Shown: positions 26,909 to 35,827 of the stretch, one piece after another
How the letters are laid out: the number at the start of each line of letters is the position of its first letter
Numbering within the stretch: position 1 is the stretch's first letter
Sequence record: PQ352032.1
Source: Enterobacter phage phiT5282EW
Direction: 5' to 3' (one strand)
Length of the DNA: 64,000 nucleotides
The notes under the pieces: generated by a model
Database searches by the model: none
Told to the model about the DNA's origin: nothing
Seen by the model: the letters and a program-made list of their open reading frames with translations, nothing else
Translations under genes and position numbers: made by a program

Positions 26909-27336
26909 ACTGCAATGGTCTTAACCGGAGCAGGCGGCGTAATGCCAGCAATAACGGCGTCCACAGCCTGATCCACGATATCACCGAAACCTATATCAGC
27001 CAGCCCCAGATTGAGGTTGTTAAGCACGCGCACCAGCTCGGCACGCTTATGCGGGGTAAGCGCCTGAGCAGCTGCCTCGCGCTGCGCCTGAGAGTGCAGG
27101 AAAGCCTGCATCAGGTCGCCAAAGCCTAGCTTGGCAGTGCCAAGGTTGAGATTGTTGAGCAGGCGTCCAATGTCGGAAGCCTGCGCATCGGTGATGCTGG
27201 TATCGGTCGTGCCAGTGTCCAGCAGGTTAACAAAGTGTGTCCCGAAGTCGGCGGCGGCGATGCCCAGATTCAGGTTGTTCAGCAGGTGCTTTAGTTTACC
27301 TTTTGAACTTTCAGAGAGTGTCACAAGGGCGACCAT
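26905..27336 (-). CDS. hypothetical protein with three internal LLNNLNLG repeats
   Basis: Three ~45-aa repeats each containing (H/R/V)LLNNLNLG-x-A-x-x-GFGD. Confidence 0.4.
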   Translation of the reverse strand: MVALVTLSESSKGKLKHLLNNLNLGIAAADFGTHFVNLLDTGTTDTSITDAQASDIGRLLNNLNLGTAKLGFGDLMQAFLHSQAQREAAAQALTPHKRAELVRVLNNLNLGLADIGFGDIVDQAVDAVIAGITPPAPVKTIAV

Positions 27337-27356
27337 AGCCGACTCCTATAAGCAGA

Positions 27357-27752
27357 TTATTCAGCCCCTTTAGCCGATTCCGCTGCCAGCCGCGCCTTGC
27401 GCTCAGCAGGAGTTTCGCGCTTAGGGGTTTGCGTATTTGCAGTGGCTTTTTTAGCCCCTGCCCCTTTCTGGATTTTACTGTCACTACCTGCCGCAGGGGC
27501 TTGCGGTTTCACTTCCGGCTTAATCTCCGGCTTAATCTCCGGCGCTGGTGTCTGAGGTGCTGGAGCCTGAGGTGCTTTTGGCGCTTCCTCAGCGATAAAA
27601 CCGGGAATGCTCAGGTAACGCGCTGCCTGCTCCTCAGTGAGGTCTGGCGACAGGTAGCGGTACTCGCCTTCCGGCGCTTCCAGCTGTGTGAAGGTCAGCC
27701 CATCCAGCAGACAATCCGGGCCCATACGGTGAATGTTAATTACTTTTGGCAT
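27357..27752 (-). CDS. hypothetical Pro/Ala-rich protein
   Basis: 131 aa; PEIKPEIKPEVKP repeat. Confidence 0.4.
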   Translation of the reverse strand: MPKVINIHRMGPDCLLDGLTFTQLEAPEGEYRYLSPDLTEEQAARYLSIPGFIAEEAPKAPQAPAPQTPAPEIKPEIKPEVKPQAPAAGSDSKIQKGAGAKKATANTQTPKRETPAERKARLAAESAKGAE

Positions 27753-27769
27753 GATTAGAATCCTCAGTT

Positions 27770-27800
27770 TTCAGAAACAAAAGGGCCCCGTAGGGCCCTT
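27770..27800 (-). terminator. Rho-independent terminator after major capsid gene
   Basis: AAGGGCCC-tacg-GGGCCCTT hairpin followed by TTTGTTT on minus strand. Confidence 0.65.
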
Positions 27801-27815
27801 CAAATCGCCTACTGG

Positions 27816-29348
27816 TTACTCACCAGTGTGCGGACGCCATTTTGCCTGAGTAGGCAGAATGTTTTTGATGTAGCCATGGTGCTTCGGCTTGGTAATACGC
27901 AGATAACCAAACAGGAACTGGAACCATGACATTACAGGCATCCCGCCTACACCGAATGGCAGAGGGATCTTGGTCATCGGTTGGAACTGACGCCAGCCGA
28001 TAGCATCAGCGCCCGCGCCAAGGTTCAGCATAGGTACGCAGATGGTGCCCGGCAGAGTGCGGTTGTCGTCGTGGAACTTGGTCTTACCACCAGCGGAGCT
28101 AGAGGTATCAATTTTCACGTAACCGACCAGACGCATATCGCGCAGGGTGTCCAGATCATCAGCAGCTTTCGCCACGTCCTGACGACCACGATAGATGGCG
28201 AAGCCGCCGCAATCAGTGGATGCCGGGTTGGTGATGGACAGCACGATTTCTTCGCCAGAGGCAACAGTAACCTGATCCACGATCACCGCTTCGGACAGGC
28301 CAGCGCCGGAGGTGCTGATACCTGCGATAGCGTAGACGTACTTACCAGCACGTTTGCCAGTGAAGCGAGCCGCGCCGTTAGTAGCCGCTGCGCCAGTTGT
28401 CGCGCCCGGTTTCAGTGCGGAGTTTTTCGCCGCCAGATCCGGGTTGGTCAGCTGGAACACATGCACCATCGGGTTGGTCTCGTCATGGATAAAGGTATCC
28501 ATGTGAGTTTTCAGGGTGCCAGTAGTCAGGCGGATCCCGTTAACATGACCACCGATAGTTGGTGTGTTCTGGCCTTCTGGCATCCAGCGGAATGCTGGAT
28601 CTAAGCCCATGTTCAGATCGTTCTGAACAGAGTTAGGCAGGAAGATATCGGTTGACTGGCCCCAGTTGCCGTAGGAGTTAACTTCTACGTTAATCTGAGA
28701 CATCGGCTCAACGCTGTTCAGCGCGGTACCGTTCAGGTCAACGATGTGCTCCGGTGCCATTTTCCCCGCAGCCACTTCTTTGTCGATCTGGGTAAAGATA
28801 CCGTCAAACTGCGTACTAACAACGTCAGCGTTACCATGATAAAGCAGGTAGTTGGCGTCGGTCAGCAGTTGCAGTGCGCCGTTACGTTCTTCGACCGCAA
28901 TCGGCTCAGCGATGTTTTTACCGATGTTCAGGACATAGCCGACCTGACGCAGAGACATCAGGAATTTGACCAGACCTACTTCACGGCTGTATTCGCCCTG
29001 TGCGGCACGTACAACGCCCATCTGGGTGTTGGTAGAACCACCAAGGAAACCACCGACAGATGACTGGCGGCTGTATTCGTCAACGATGTTGATCGCGTTG
29101 GACTGCTGCAACATGTTGAACAGCGTAAAGTGCTTGTTCTCCTGAATCGTGGTCTTCATCGCAGTATCAAGAGACTGCACGCCTAACGCGCCGCCGCCCT
29201 GCAATTTGCTCACGTCAGTCTGATAGTCCGAAGCCTGAAGCGCTTTGGTCAGCTCCTCAAACTGGGCCATATTACCGCCCAGAGAGCCGCCAAGAGCAGC
29301 TGCGCCGCCCGGCAATGCGTTCTGGAACAGTTGGGCGATGTTTTGCAT
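27816..29348 (-). CDS. major capsid protein
   Basis: 510 aa, strong AGGAGAG RBS, followed by terminator, downstream of scaffold gene. Confidence 0.7.
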   Translation of the reverse strand: MQNIAQLFQNALPGGAAALGGSLGGNMAQFEELTKALQASDYQTDVSKLQGGGALGVQSLDTAMKTTIQENKHFTLFNMLQQSNAINIVDEYSRQSSVGGFLGGSTNTQMGVVRAAQGEYSREVGLVKFLMSLRQVGYVLNIGKNIAEPIAVEERNGALQLLTDANYLLYHGNADVVSTQFDGIFTQIDKEVAAGKMAPEHIVDLNGTALNSVEPMSQINVEVNSYGNWGQSTDIFLPNSVQNDLNMGLDPAFRWMPEGQNTPTIGGHVNGIRLTTGTLKTHMDTFIHDETNPMVHVFQLTNPDLAAKNSALKPGATTGAAATNGAARFTGKRAGKYVYAIAGISTSGAGLSEAVIVDQVTVASGEEIVLSITNPASTDCGGFAIYRGRQDVAKAADDLDTLRDMRLVGYVKIDTSSSAGGKTKFHDDNRTLPGTICVPMLNLGAGADAIGWRQFQPMTKIPLPFGVGGMPVMSWFQFLFGYLRITKPKHHGYIKNILPTQAKWRPHTGE

Positions 29349-29409
29349 CGTTTACTCTCCTGAGTAGTTAAAGTATTCCCGACCGTAGAGCGGCGGGAGT
29401 CGGGAAAAA

Positions 29410-30099
29410 TTACAGGCCAGTGCCCAGCACTTTCGCCAGAATCGCCGGATCAGGCTGATAACCGTTGCGCAGTGCGCAGTCGATCATGTTCAGCTGCACG
29501 CCAGTGATCTTGCCTTCGTTGTATGCAACGTTGGACTTAATCATCAGGTCAGCGCCAGTGATCTGGGTATCTTCCGGCTGCTCAGTCGTTGCCTGAGTAC
29601 CTGCCATGGATTTTGCCATCACGACAACCTGAGATTTACGCCCGGCACCCTGAGCGCCTGCATTAATCTGGTTCTGCTGCAATGATTTGATCAGCTCGCC
29701 CTGAGCAGCGATGGTGTTGCCCATGCGCTCCATCATCTGCATCATCAGCGGGAAACCAGTATTCAGCGCTTCGTTGGTGCTGTTTACGGATTTTTGCAGG
29801 GTTTCCAGCACTTCGGTGGCGTCGATCATCTGCTCACCATTTGCGCCTTCTACCGCAGGCAGAGATTTAGTCAGATCGGCGTTTTCGCCCTGACCTTTGT
29901 TCTCGCCGTTCTCATCTTTGTTCTCGTCGGTGTTTTCACCGGAACCAGCGCCAGCGCCTTCGCCGTTGTTGGCAGGGGATTCACCCGCAGCCGCCTGGAT
30001 ATTTTTGTCATCCTGAGCGGCTGGAATTGATTTCGCTAAAGTCTCTTTCTGCGTAGCATCGAGAGTCTGGAGCGTTTCCAGCAGATTTTTAAAGGACAT
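29410..30099 (-). CDS. scaffolding protein
   Basis: 229 aa, acidic, low-complexity Gly/Glu/Asn region, helical ends; between protease-like gene and capsid. Confidence 0.6.
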   Translation of the reverse strand: MSFKNLLETLQTLDATQKETLAKSIPAAQDDKNIQAAAGESPANNGEGAGAGSGENTDENKDENGENKGQGENADLTKSLPAVEGANGEQMIDATEVLETLQKSVNSTNEALNTGFPLMMQMMERMGNTIAAQGELIKSLQQNQINAGAQGAGRKSQVVVMAKSMAGTQATTEQPEDTQITGADLMIKSNVAYNEGKITGVQLNMIDCALRNGYQPDPAILAKVLGTGL

Positions 30100-30102
30100 A
30101 AT

Positions 30103-30987
30103 TTAGCCTCTTTGTTGTAAGGAAATATCGCTCAGAAAGCGATGCACCCAAGCAGCCGCCTCGGATGGCGACATACTAAAGTTTGCGGCGCAGTATTGCG
30201 CCAGACCTTCTTCTGAGGTCAGGTAATCGGCGGTGATAGCACCGGAGATTAACGCGACGCTCAGCTGGTCACGGAACTCGTAATAGCTGATCGGCTGGTT
30301 ACTGCCCGTATCAAGCGACTGCACACCAAAGGCACCGCCACCAGTCAGCTGGCTCATATCGCTGCAATAAGACGCCTCCAGCGCCTTGCTCAGCACGATC
30401 CCGCCCATGGATTTGGTCAGGGTGCCGATAGGAGACAGGGAGGCAGTGCGCAGATGCTGGTTAATTGGCGTCTGGGACAGCGCGATATTCGTCCAGCGGA
30501 CTTTATCGACCATTGTGACTTTTTGCTGGGTTTCCGGGTCTACCTGCACGCTTTTAGCGAGCACGGCACCACCGACAGAAGGGTACCAGCGCTGAGGCGG
30601 ATTAAGCTGCGTCATTGATTCCCAGACCATGTTTGCATTCTCAGCCATCGGGCCAGTGCCCTCATACAGCTGCGCTTTTACAAACGTGGTGTTGCCATCG
30701 ATCTTGACATCGACCGGGCGACCAATTTCGTAGCTTTTGGCTTCTTTGAGCGACATCCCCAGCTTTTGACCGATAACGGTAAAGTGGTCAATGTCGATGT
30801 TACCGAACTTTAAAAACAGGTCGGTACTCTCAGCGAGGGCCTTAGCCATGATCTTCTCATTCGTCTGGTCGAGCCCTTCATTGGACGCCTCCAGAAAGAT
30901 AAAACGCTTCCCGCCCTCGGCTTTCGCGTGGGCTTTGAGCATCATATCCATGCGGATAAGGTTGTCGGTATTCTCGGTGTCGATCAT
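30103..30987 (-). CDS. prohead protease/scaffold-like protein (gpI-like, tentative)
   Basis: Position between MuF-like gene and scaffold; C-terminal segment nearly identical to capsid N-terminal segment. Confidence 0.4.
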   Translation of the reverse strand: MIDTENTDNLIRMDMMLKAHAKAEGGKRFIFLEASNEGLDQTNEKIMAKALAESTDLFLKFGNIDIDHFTVIGQKLGMSLKEAKSYEIGRPVDVKIDGNTTFVKAQLYEGTGPMAENANMVWESMTQLNPPQRWYPSVGGAVLAKSVQVDPETQQKVTMVDKVRWTNIALSQTPINQHLRTASLSPIGTLTKSMGGIVLSKALEASYCSDMSQLTGGGAFGVQSLDTGSNQPISYYEFRDQLSVALISGAITADYLTSEEGLAQYCAANFSMSPSEAAAWVHRFLSDISLQQRG

Positions 30988-31040
30988 GGGGTTTGCCCTT
31001 TCAAAACATGCTTAAATTCTGCCGTCACGACGCAAATACG

Positions 31041-32144
31041 TCATGCAAGGATTTTTTCGAGCAGCGCCGCAAAATCAGGATCGTCACCCGGTTGCGCTTT
31101 CGTGGTGGCCACCCAGCGCCCCCGGCAGTGTGGATGCGCCAGCCCGGCAGGAAGTTGCCAGAGCTCATCCTCAGATCGCTTCACCAGCTTCCCGGCGACG
31201 CGCTTATATGGCGACGCTGAGCGCCCGATATTGTTTTTACCGGGCCAGATCATCGTCGCGGGATCCTTGTTGGGGTAATCAGCCGGAACTACCGTGGCGA
31301 TCTTCCCGTGAATCTTTTTGCAGAATGGGCAGGCGGTGCCGTACATTTCGACGCGCTTCACTTTTGACATCGGCTCGCACGCGGCGATAAAGCCCTGTAA
31401 TTGGCACTCGCCAGCCTCTGTGACGGCGATTCGACGCCAGTCCCTGTTCAGCTGCGCGAAGTTGTCAAAAAGCTCCTGCTGGAGCGCCTGCTGCGTTCCC
31501 GGCTGGCCCAGCTGTTTACGCTCCTCGCTGCGCATGATCACGCCGCGCATCATCTTCCGGGTATTGTCCGCCAGATTGACCACGTTCTCAGCCGCGCGAG
31601 CGCTGGCAAAGTCCAGCGTGGTCTTTTCGATTTTGGTCAGCGGTACGCCACCGGATTCCTCTTTGGTGTTGGGTAGGGCCATCAGCAGCTTGGCGGCGTC
31701 GTTAGCCGTCAGCTCTTTCTCCCAGTTAGCCTGGACTTTTCCCAGCAGCGTGGCTTTGGTTGCCAGCCAGTCGGCCTCCGCGATCAGGACATCCTTCGGC
31801 ATGTAGGTTTGCACCGTCAGCTCGACGGCGAGAAAATGATCGTCCAGTGTCCACTGGTCGAACGGCAGCACGCGCAGGTACAGATCCACCAGCTCGCGCT
31901 CCTCCTCAGTCCAGACCTGCATCATGCCCACCTGTGGCTTTGGCTGCGGTTTTCCTGCCTTCTGGTTCTTCCCCAGCTCCCACGCCTCAATCGCCTTTCT
32001 GACGTTGCCCAGATGCAGCAGGCCGCGCTGGGTGAACAGCTCCACCAGCTTGCGGATAAGCGGGCTTTCGTGCGGACGCCAGATATCGCCATCTTCGCCA
32101 CCGCGAATGGCTTTGTGCATGGTCTCCAGCACTTCATTGGTCAC
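31041..32144 (-). CDS. head morphogenesis protein, Mu gpF / SPP1 gp7 family
   Basis: 367 aa immediately downstream of portal; conserved RIAVTEAG region and C-terminal Cys/His cluster typical of MuF domain. Confidence 0.7.
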   Translation of the reverse strand: MTNEVLETMHKAIRGGEDGDIWRPHESPLIRKLVELFTQRGLLHLGNVRKAIEAWELGKNQKAGKPQPKPQVGMMQVWTEEERELVDLYLRVLPFDQWTLDDHFLAVELTVQTYMPKDVLIAEADWLATKATLLGKVQANWEKELTANDAAKLLMALPNTKEESGGVPLTKIEKTTLDFASARAAENVVNLADNTRKMMRGVIMRSEERKQLGQPGTQQALQQELFDNFAQLNRDWRRIAVTEAGECQLQGFIAACEPMSKVKRVEMYGTACPFCKKIHGKIATVVPADYPNKDPATMIWPGKNNIGRSASPYKRVAGKLVKRSEDELWQLPAGLAHPHCRGRWVATTKAQPGDDPDFAALLEKILA

Positions 32145-32406
32145 GTATGGCGTGAGCGATGTCAGATCGAGCGTAATGATGGCGTAGTCTCCTTAAATTA
32201 GGTGCCCCCCTTCTGGGAGGGGCGTGCAACCATTCGGCTACCCTTGCGGGCTGGTTGCTGCGTTCGCTGGCACAGTCACGCAGAGGCCCATCAGCCTCAC
32301 CCTCAGTCAGCGTGAGGGAGGATTCCCCGGAGGCTCAACCTCCTCCAAGCCCCGGCGACTAGCGGGGAATGCACAGGTTTGCTTTCGCAATCGGAGCACC
32401 AAAAAC

Positions 32407-34161
32407 TTACAGGTCAGGCAGACCAAACGATTTGTAGAGCCCTTCCTCGTCGAGGTTCTGCAACGTGTTATGCAGCTCATCGAATTTTTTCTTATTGTCG
32501 GCTTGCAGCTGCTCCTGCTCGGCCTGCTGCTGTGCAGCTGCGTCGGCGTCGTCAGGGTTGGCAGGATCAGCGCCCGGCTCCTCGCCCGGCTGCTGTAGCT
32601 CGGCCTGCTGCGCCATCTGCTCGGCCTGAATATCAGCGTTGACCTTAGCCATATAAGGCTGCATCGAAACGCTGTTAAGCGGGGAGTTAGCCCAGTCTTC
32701 TTTGATTTCTTCCCAGTTGCGAGCGCGGCGTGCTTCGTTGACGGTAAGGAGCGTTTTCTCCTCGTCCCACGCCTGCTTCGGATCCTTCTCATCCAGACCT
32801 GTCCAGCGGAACACGTACTTATCTGAGAAGTCGGAAATGATGTAATCGGTGAATAAGTCCTCGAAGTGCGACAGCAGCGGTCGCAGGCCCTTATCCTTCG
32901 AGTTGATCAGCTTCTCCTCCGTGTCACTGCCGGACAGCGAACTGGTACCAGCAGTGAAGGATTCGAAGTTGATCTCGTCCGGGGCGATGCCATAAATAGC
33001 GCAGATGATCGCGGTTAAGAACGTCATCCATTTGGCAAACATGATCTCGTTAACGTCTACGCCAAAGTTTTCAAATTTCGCCGTGGATTCCGAAGTTTTG
33101 GAAACCATGACGGGCAATGTCCATGCGTTATTGATGCCCTTCACCATGCTATTCCAGTACCGCTTAAAGGAGTTGAGATCCTCGGTAGAATAGTCGCCGG
33201 AGAGATGGAGCAGACCTTTCGGGATGGCGTTCGAGTCGAAATACTTCTGGTTGTACGTCATGGCGTTCAGGAAGCCCGTGACGGTGTTTACCAGCAGCTC
33301 AGTTTCGCTCATCCCGTAACCGCCGTTCAGCACATCGGTGCGGGTGTTGCGCGGAACATAGATCAGGTCGTTGTAGGTGTAAGCGGTGCGGATGTTACCC
33401 TGCACCACCTGTAATGCGAAAATCTCATCATCGCCCTTATACCCGTCCTCGGTGCAGAGGCGGATCGTGGCACCATCGACGGCATAAAGCCCGTCCATGC
33501 CCAGCGAGCGGTTTTTCTTGAATTCGGTCTCAATCGGCGCGGAGTCCATCACCAGCGAGTCGCGCACCAGCTTGCTCATGAAGCCTGAGAAGTTATCGCG
33601 CTTGAGGCGAGCACGCACGCGGGGGTTACTCTCCCAGCCGCAGTTTTGCATGAACATTTGCAGCGCGTTGATGGAGTCCTGCTCGGCTTTCGCCAGCTTC
33701 TGTGAGCCGTTCTGCTCTTTCAGACGGATCTGGAAGCCGGGGCCCACGCCCTTCTCACTGGCGCGGCAGAAGCGTTTGATCTGGCGGATGCGGGTCATCA
33801 CCACCGCCGACAGGATTGGCGTCTTGTCCACCATGTAGCGCATGGCATCAAAGCCAAAGTTTGTCGGACGCTCGTACCAGTCGCCCAGAATCTGCACCTG
33901 ACGGTCGTCCAGCCAGACGGACTGCATACCTTCTTTCTTGCCCTCGCGGACAGCCTGAGAAGGGTAATCGACCAGTGTATTTTTCTGGAGGGACTTGTAA
34001 AATTCCTGATCAGCATATGACTGGGCGATATGCTGAATCAGCGGGGCCAGATCCGGCACGCTGGAAGGCATTGCAGCTTTCTGCGCTTGCGCCATCGCAT
34101 CCTGCTGTTCGTCGGCAGGCGCGGCAGGGTTGTGCGCGGTTTGGATGGCGTTGTCAGACAT
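32407..34161 (-). CDS. portal protein
   Basis: Approximately 585 aa, acidic C-terminal tail; position upstream of MuF; start chosen at MSDNAIQ (ATG 34161, AAGG RBS) because longer ORF start 34218 lacks RBS. Confidence 0.75.
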   Translation of the reverse strand: MSDNAIQTAHNPAAPADEQQDAMAQAQKAAMPSSVPDLAPLIQHIAQSYADQEFYKSLQKNTLVDYPSQAVREGKKEGMQSVWLDDRQVQILGDWYERPTNFGFDAMRYMVDKTPILSAVVMTRIRQIKRFCRASEKGVGPGFQIRLKEQNGSQKLAKAEQDSINALQMFMQNCGWESNPRVRARLKRDNFSGFMSKLVRDSLVMDSAPIETEFKKNRSLGMDGLYAVDGATIRLCTEDGYKGDDEIFALQVVQGNIRTAYTYNDLIYVPRNTRTDVLNGGYGMSETELLVNTVTGFLNAMTYNQKYFDSNAIPKGLLHLSGDYSTEDLNSFKRYWNSMVKGINNAWTLPVMVSKTSESTAKFENFGVDVNEIMFAKWMTFLTAIICAIYGIAPDEINFESFTAGTSSLSGSDTEEKLINSKDKGLRPLLSHFEDLFTDYIISDFSDKYVFRWTGLDEKDPKQAWDEEKTLLTVNEARRARNWEEIKEDWANSPLNSVSMQPYMAKVNADIQAEQMAQQAELQQPGEEPGADPANPDDADAAAQQQAEQEQLQADNKKKFDELHNTLQNLDEEGLYKSFGLPDL

Positions 34162-34715
34162 ACGGTTAACCTTTGCAAAGTAGTCCGCAGAGAGTGACAT
34201 CACGACATCACGACGCAAAATAATTTAAATACCCTCTTGCTATCATCTTTTTTGCGTGCTTTAATCCATCCCGTAGCGCTGATTGGGATGTTTTCCGATA
34301 TTGAAATTTAACTTAGAAAGTTAATGTCAGTTATGGGACGGAAAGCATCAACCAATGAGCGCTTGGCTTTGACTACTCAATACGGATTTGTCGTTATTTC
34401 GCGTATACGGTTGTCAAGTGCTCAGCCAAATCCGATAAACCGGGTAGATCGATTCAGACGGCTAAGTGGAGCCTGACGATGAAAGCGCCGGATGAGGATG
34501 GCGAATGGCAAGCTACTGGCCTGACTTAATCTCTTTCAAAGTAAAGAGTAAATCTGGGCGGCGATAGTCCATAGAATCAATATCGCAATCGGGTGAAAAT
34601 CCCGTTCAAATTCTACCGATTAGTGACGATGAAAGGGGCCTTCGCGATCCCCAAGTAATTGGCAGGTTGCCTTAGGTCACAAGCCGCAGCGGAGATTGCA
34701 AGCGAAGCTGTAGGA

Positions 34716-34744
34716 TAGAGGTTCGACTCCTCTGATCGGTGCCA
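34716..34744 (+). pseudogene. tRNA-like 3' fragment (T-arm AGAGG-TTCGACT-CCTCT, acceptor strand, discriminator, CCA) without foldable 5' half
   Basis: Canonical GGTTCGACTCC T-loop and CCA; no complementary 5' acceptor strand within 110 nt upstream. Confidence 0.4.
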
Positions 34745-34886
34745 TTTTTGCGGTTACACAAGTGTGCAGATAGCGTGACGAGGAAAGGCGTTCCGTGCGA
34801 CGCTGGAGGCGATGGTAGGGTAAGCACCCTCTCCTATGACTCACGACTCAACCTCTCCGGGTAACGACCGGAGCCGCAAAACAGAT

Positions 34887-35009
34887 TGAAGCGTAGCTCA
34901 TTGGCAGAGCAGCACACGGATGCGGATCCGCGCCAGCACAAGGCTCCTTCGGGGTGTGCCGCTGGCTCCAGAAGTGTATGTAACTGGTTCGATCCCAGTC
35001 GCTTCAACC
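34887..35009 (+). pseudogene. tRNA-like gene interrupted by ~45-nt hairpin insertion (123 nt total)
   Basis: Acceptor TGAAGCG/CGCTTCA pairs, canonical D-arm GCTC-ATTGGCA-GAGC, T-arm ACTGG-TTCGATC-CCAGT, CCA 35007-35009; but 38 nt separate the two halves of the only possible anticodon stem (GCACA ... TGTGC). Confidence 0.4.
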
Positions 35010-35013
35010 ATTT

Positions 35014-35089
35014 TGATTCTGTAGCTACAGCGGTAGAGCGGCGCACTGTTAATGCGCGGGTCGCTGGTTCGAATCCAGCCAGAATCGCC
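35014..35089 (+). tRNA. tRNA-Asn (anticodon GTT)
   Basis: 76 nt; acceptor GATTCTG/CAGAATC, D-arm GCTA..GAGC, anticodon stem GCGCA/TGCGC with loop CTGTTAA, T-arm GCTGG-TTCGAAT-CCAGC, discriminator G, CCA encoded. Confidence 0.85.
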
Positions 35090-35255
35090 AGAGTAATCAT
35101 GGGTTGGTTACAAGCCTGTCAGAAGGCAATCCCGCCCCGGCTCCTCCTCAGGTCGCCGGGGCACCTTCCCAGAATTAAGGGCAGTCCCTTACTTCTGCGT
35201 CGGTAAGAGCGGAGAATCAGGAAATTTCGACCGTAGTACCAAAACATTGCTTCCT

Positions 35256-35282
35256 TGCCGCCCCCGTGGGCGGCTTTTTTTT
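35256..35282 (+). terminator. Rho-independent terminator after tRNA cluster
   Basis: GCCGCCC-ccgt-GGGCGGC hairpin followed by TTTTTTTTT. Confidence 0.7.
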
Positions 35283-35299
35283 AGCCTGAGGAGTAACCC

Positions 35300-35827
35300 A
35301 TGAATATCTTTCGCCGCATCCTGAATAAAATCTTTGGCATCCCACCAGCGCCACCAGAGCCGAAGATCGAGCCGCCAAAGTTCGGCGGTGATTTCCCGCG
35401 CCCGGTCTCCGTCACCATGAAGGCTACTCAGACCGTCAAGCAGGATCCGATGGCTGCGGCGGTCGCCCGTGCAAAAAGGGACGCGGAGAAAACTGCCGTA
35501 AAAGGCAACGTCAGCAGCGCGAGCAGCAGCTCCACCACACGCCCTGCATATGATCCACTCATGGATCCACTTAACCCGTTAAGCCCGCTATATGTTGGCG
35601 TAACAGTTGAGGAGCCGCGCCACCGCGTACAGTATCAGGAGGCGACGACGATCAGCGATACCACGCACCGACACGTTTCCAGCCATTCTGAGCCAGTACG
35701 CAGCTACAGCTCGCACAGCAGCAGCCATTCGAGCCATGACTATGGCAGCAGCCACTCAAGCCACAGCAGCCACGACAGCGTCAGCTATGACCACGGCAGC
35801 AGCCACCATAGCGGCAGCGACTGGTAA
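35300..35827 (+). CDS. Ser/His-rich low-complexity protein (moron)
   Basis: GAGGAG RBS before ATG 35300; C-terminus SHSSSHSSHDYGSSHSSHSSHD...; plus strand amid minus-strand modules. Confidence 0.55.
   Translation: MNIFRRILNKIFGIPPAPPEPKIEPPKFGGDFPRPVSVTMKATQTVKQDPMAAAVARAKRDAEKTAVKGNVSSASSSSTTRPAYDPLMDPLNPLSPLYVGVTVEEPRHRVQYQEATTISDTTHRHVSSHSEPVRSYSSHSSSHSSHDYGSSHSSHSSHDSVSYDHGSSHHSGSDW

Noticed and set aside
34716-34744. 3' tRNA fragment as attP core / integration site
   Set aside because: No integrase or recombination directionality gene nearby; fragment sits between portal and terminase with a second interrupted tRNA, more consistent with decayed tRNA genes
34921-34932. GCGGATCCGC 10-bp perfect palindrome as a standalone regulatory or restriction-type site
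   Set aside because: Single occurrence inside the interrupted tRNA-like element; cannot fold as RNA hairpin (no loop); treated as part of the insertion rather than a separate feature
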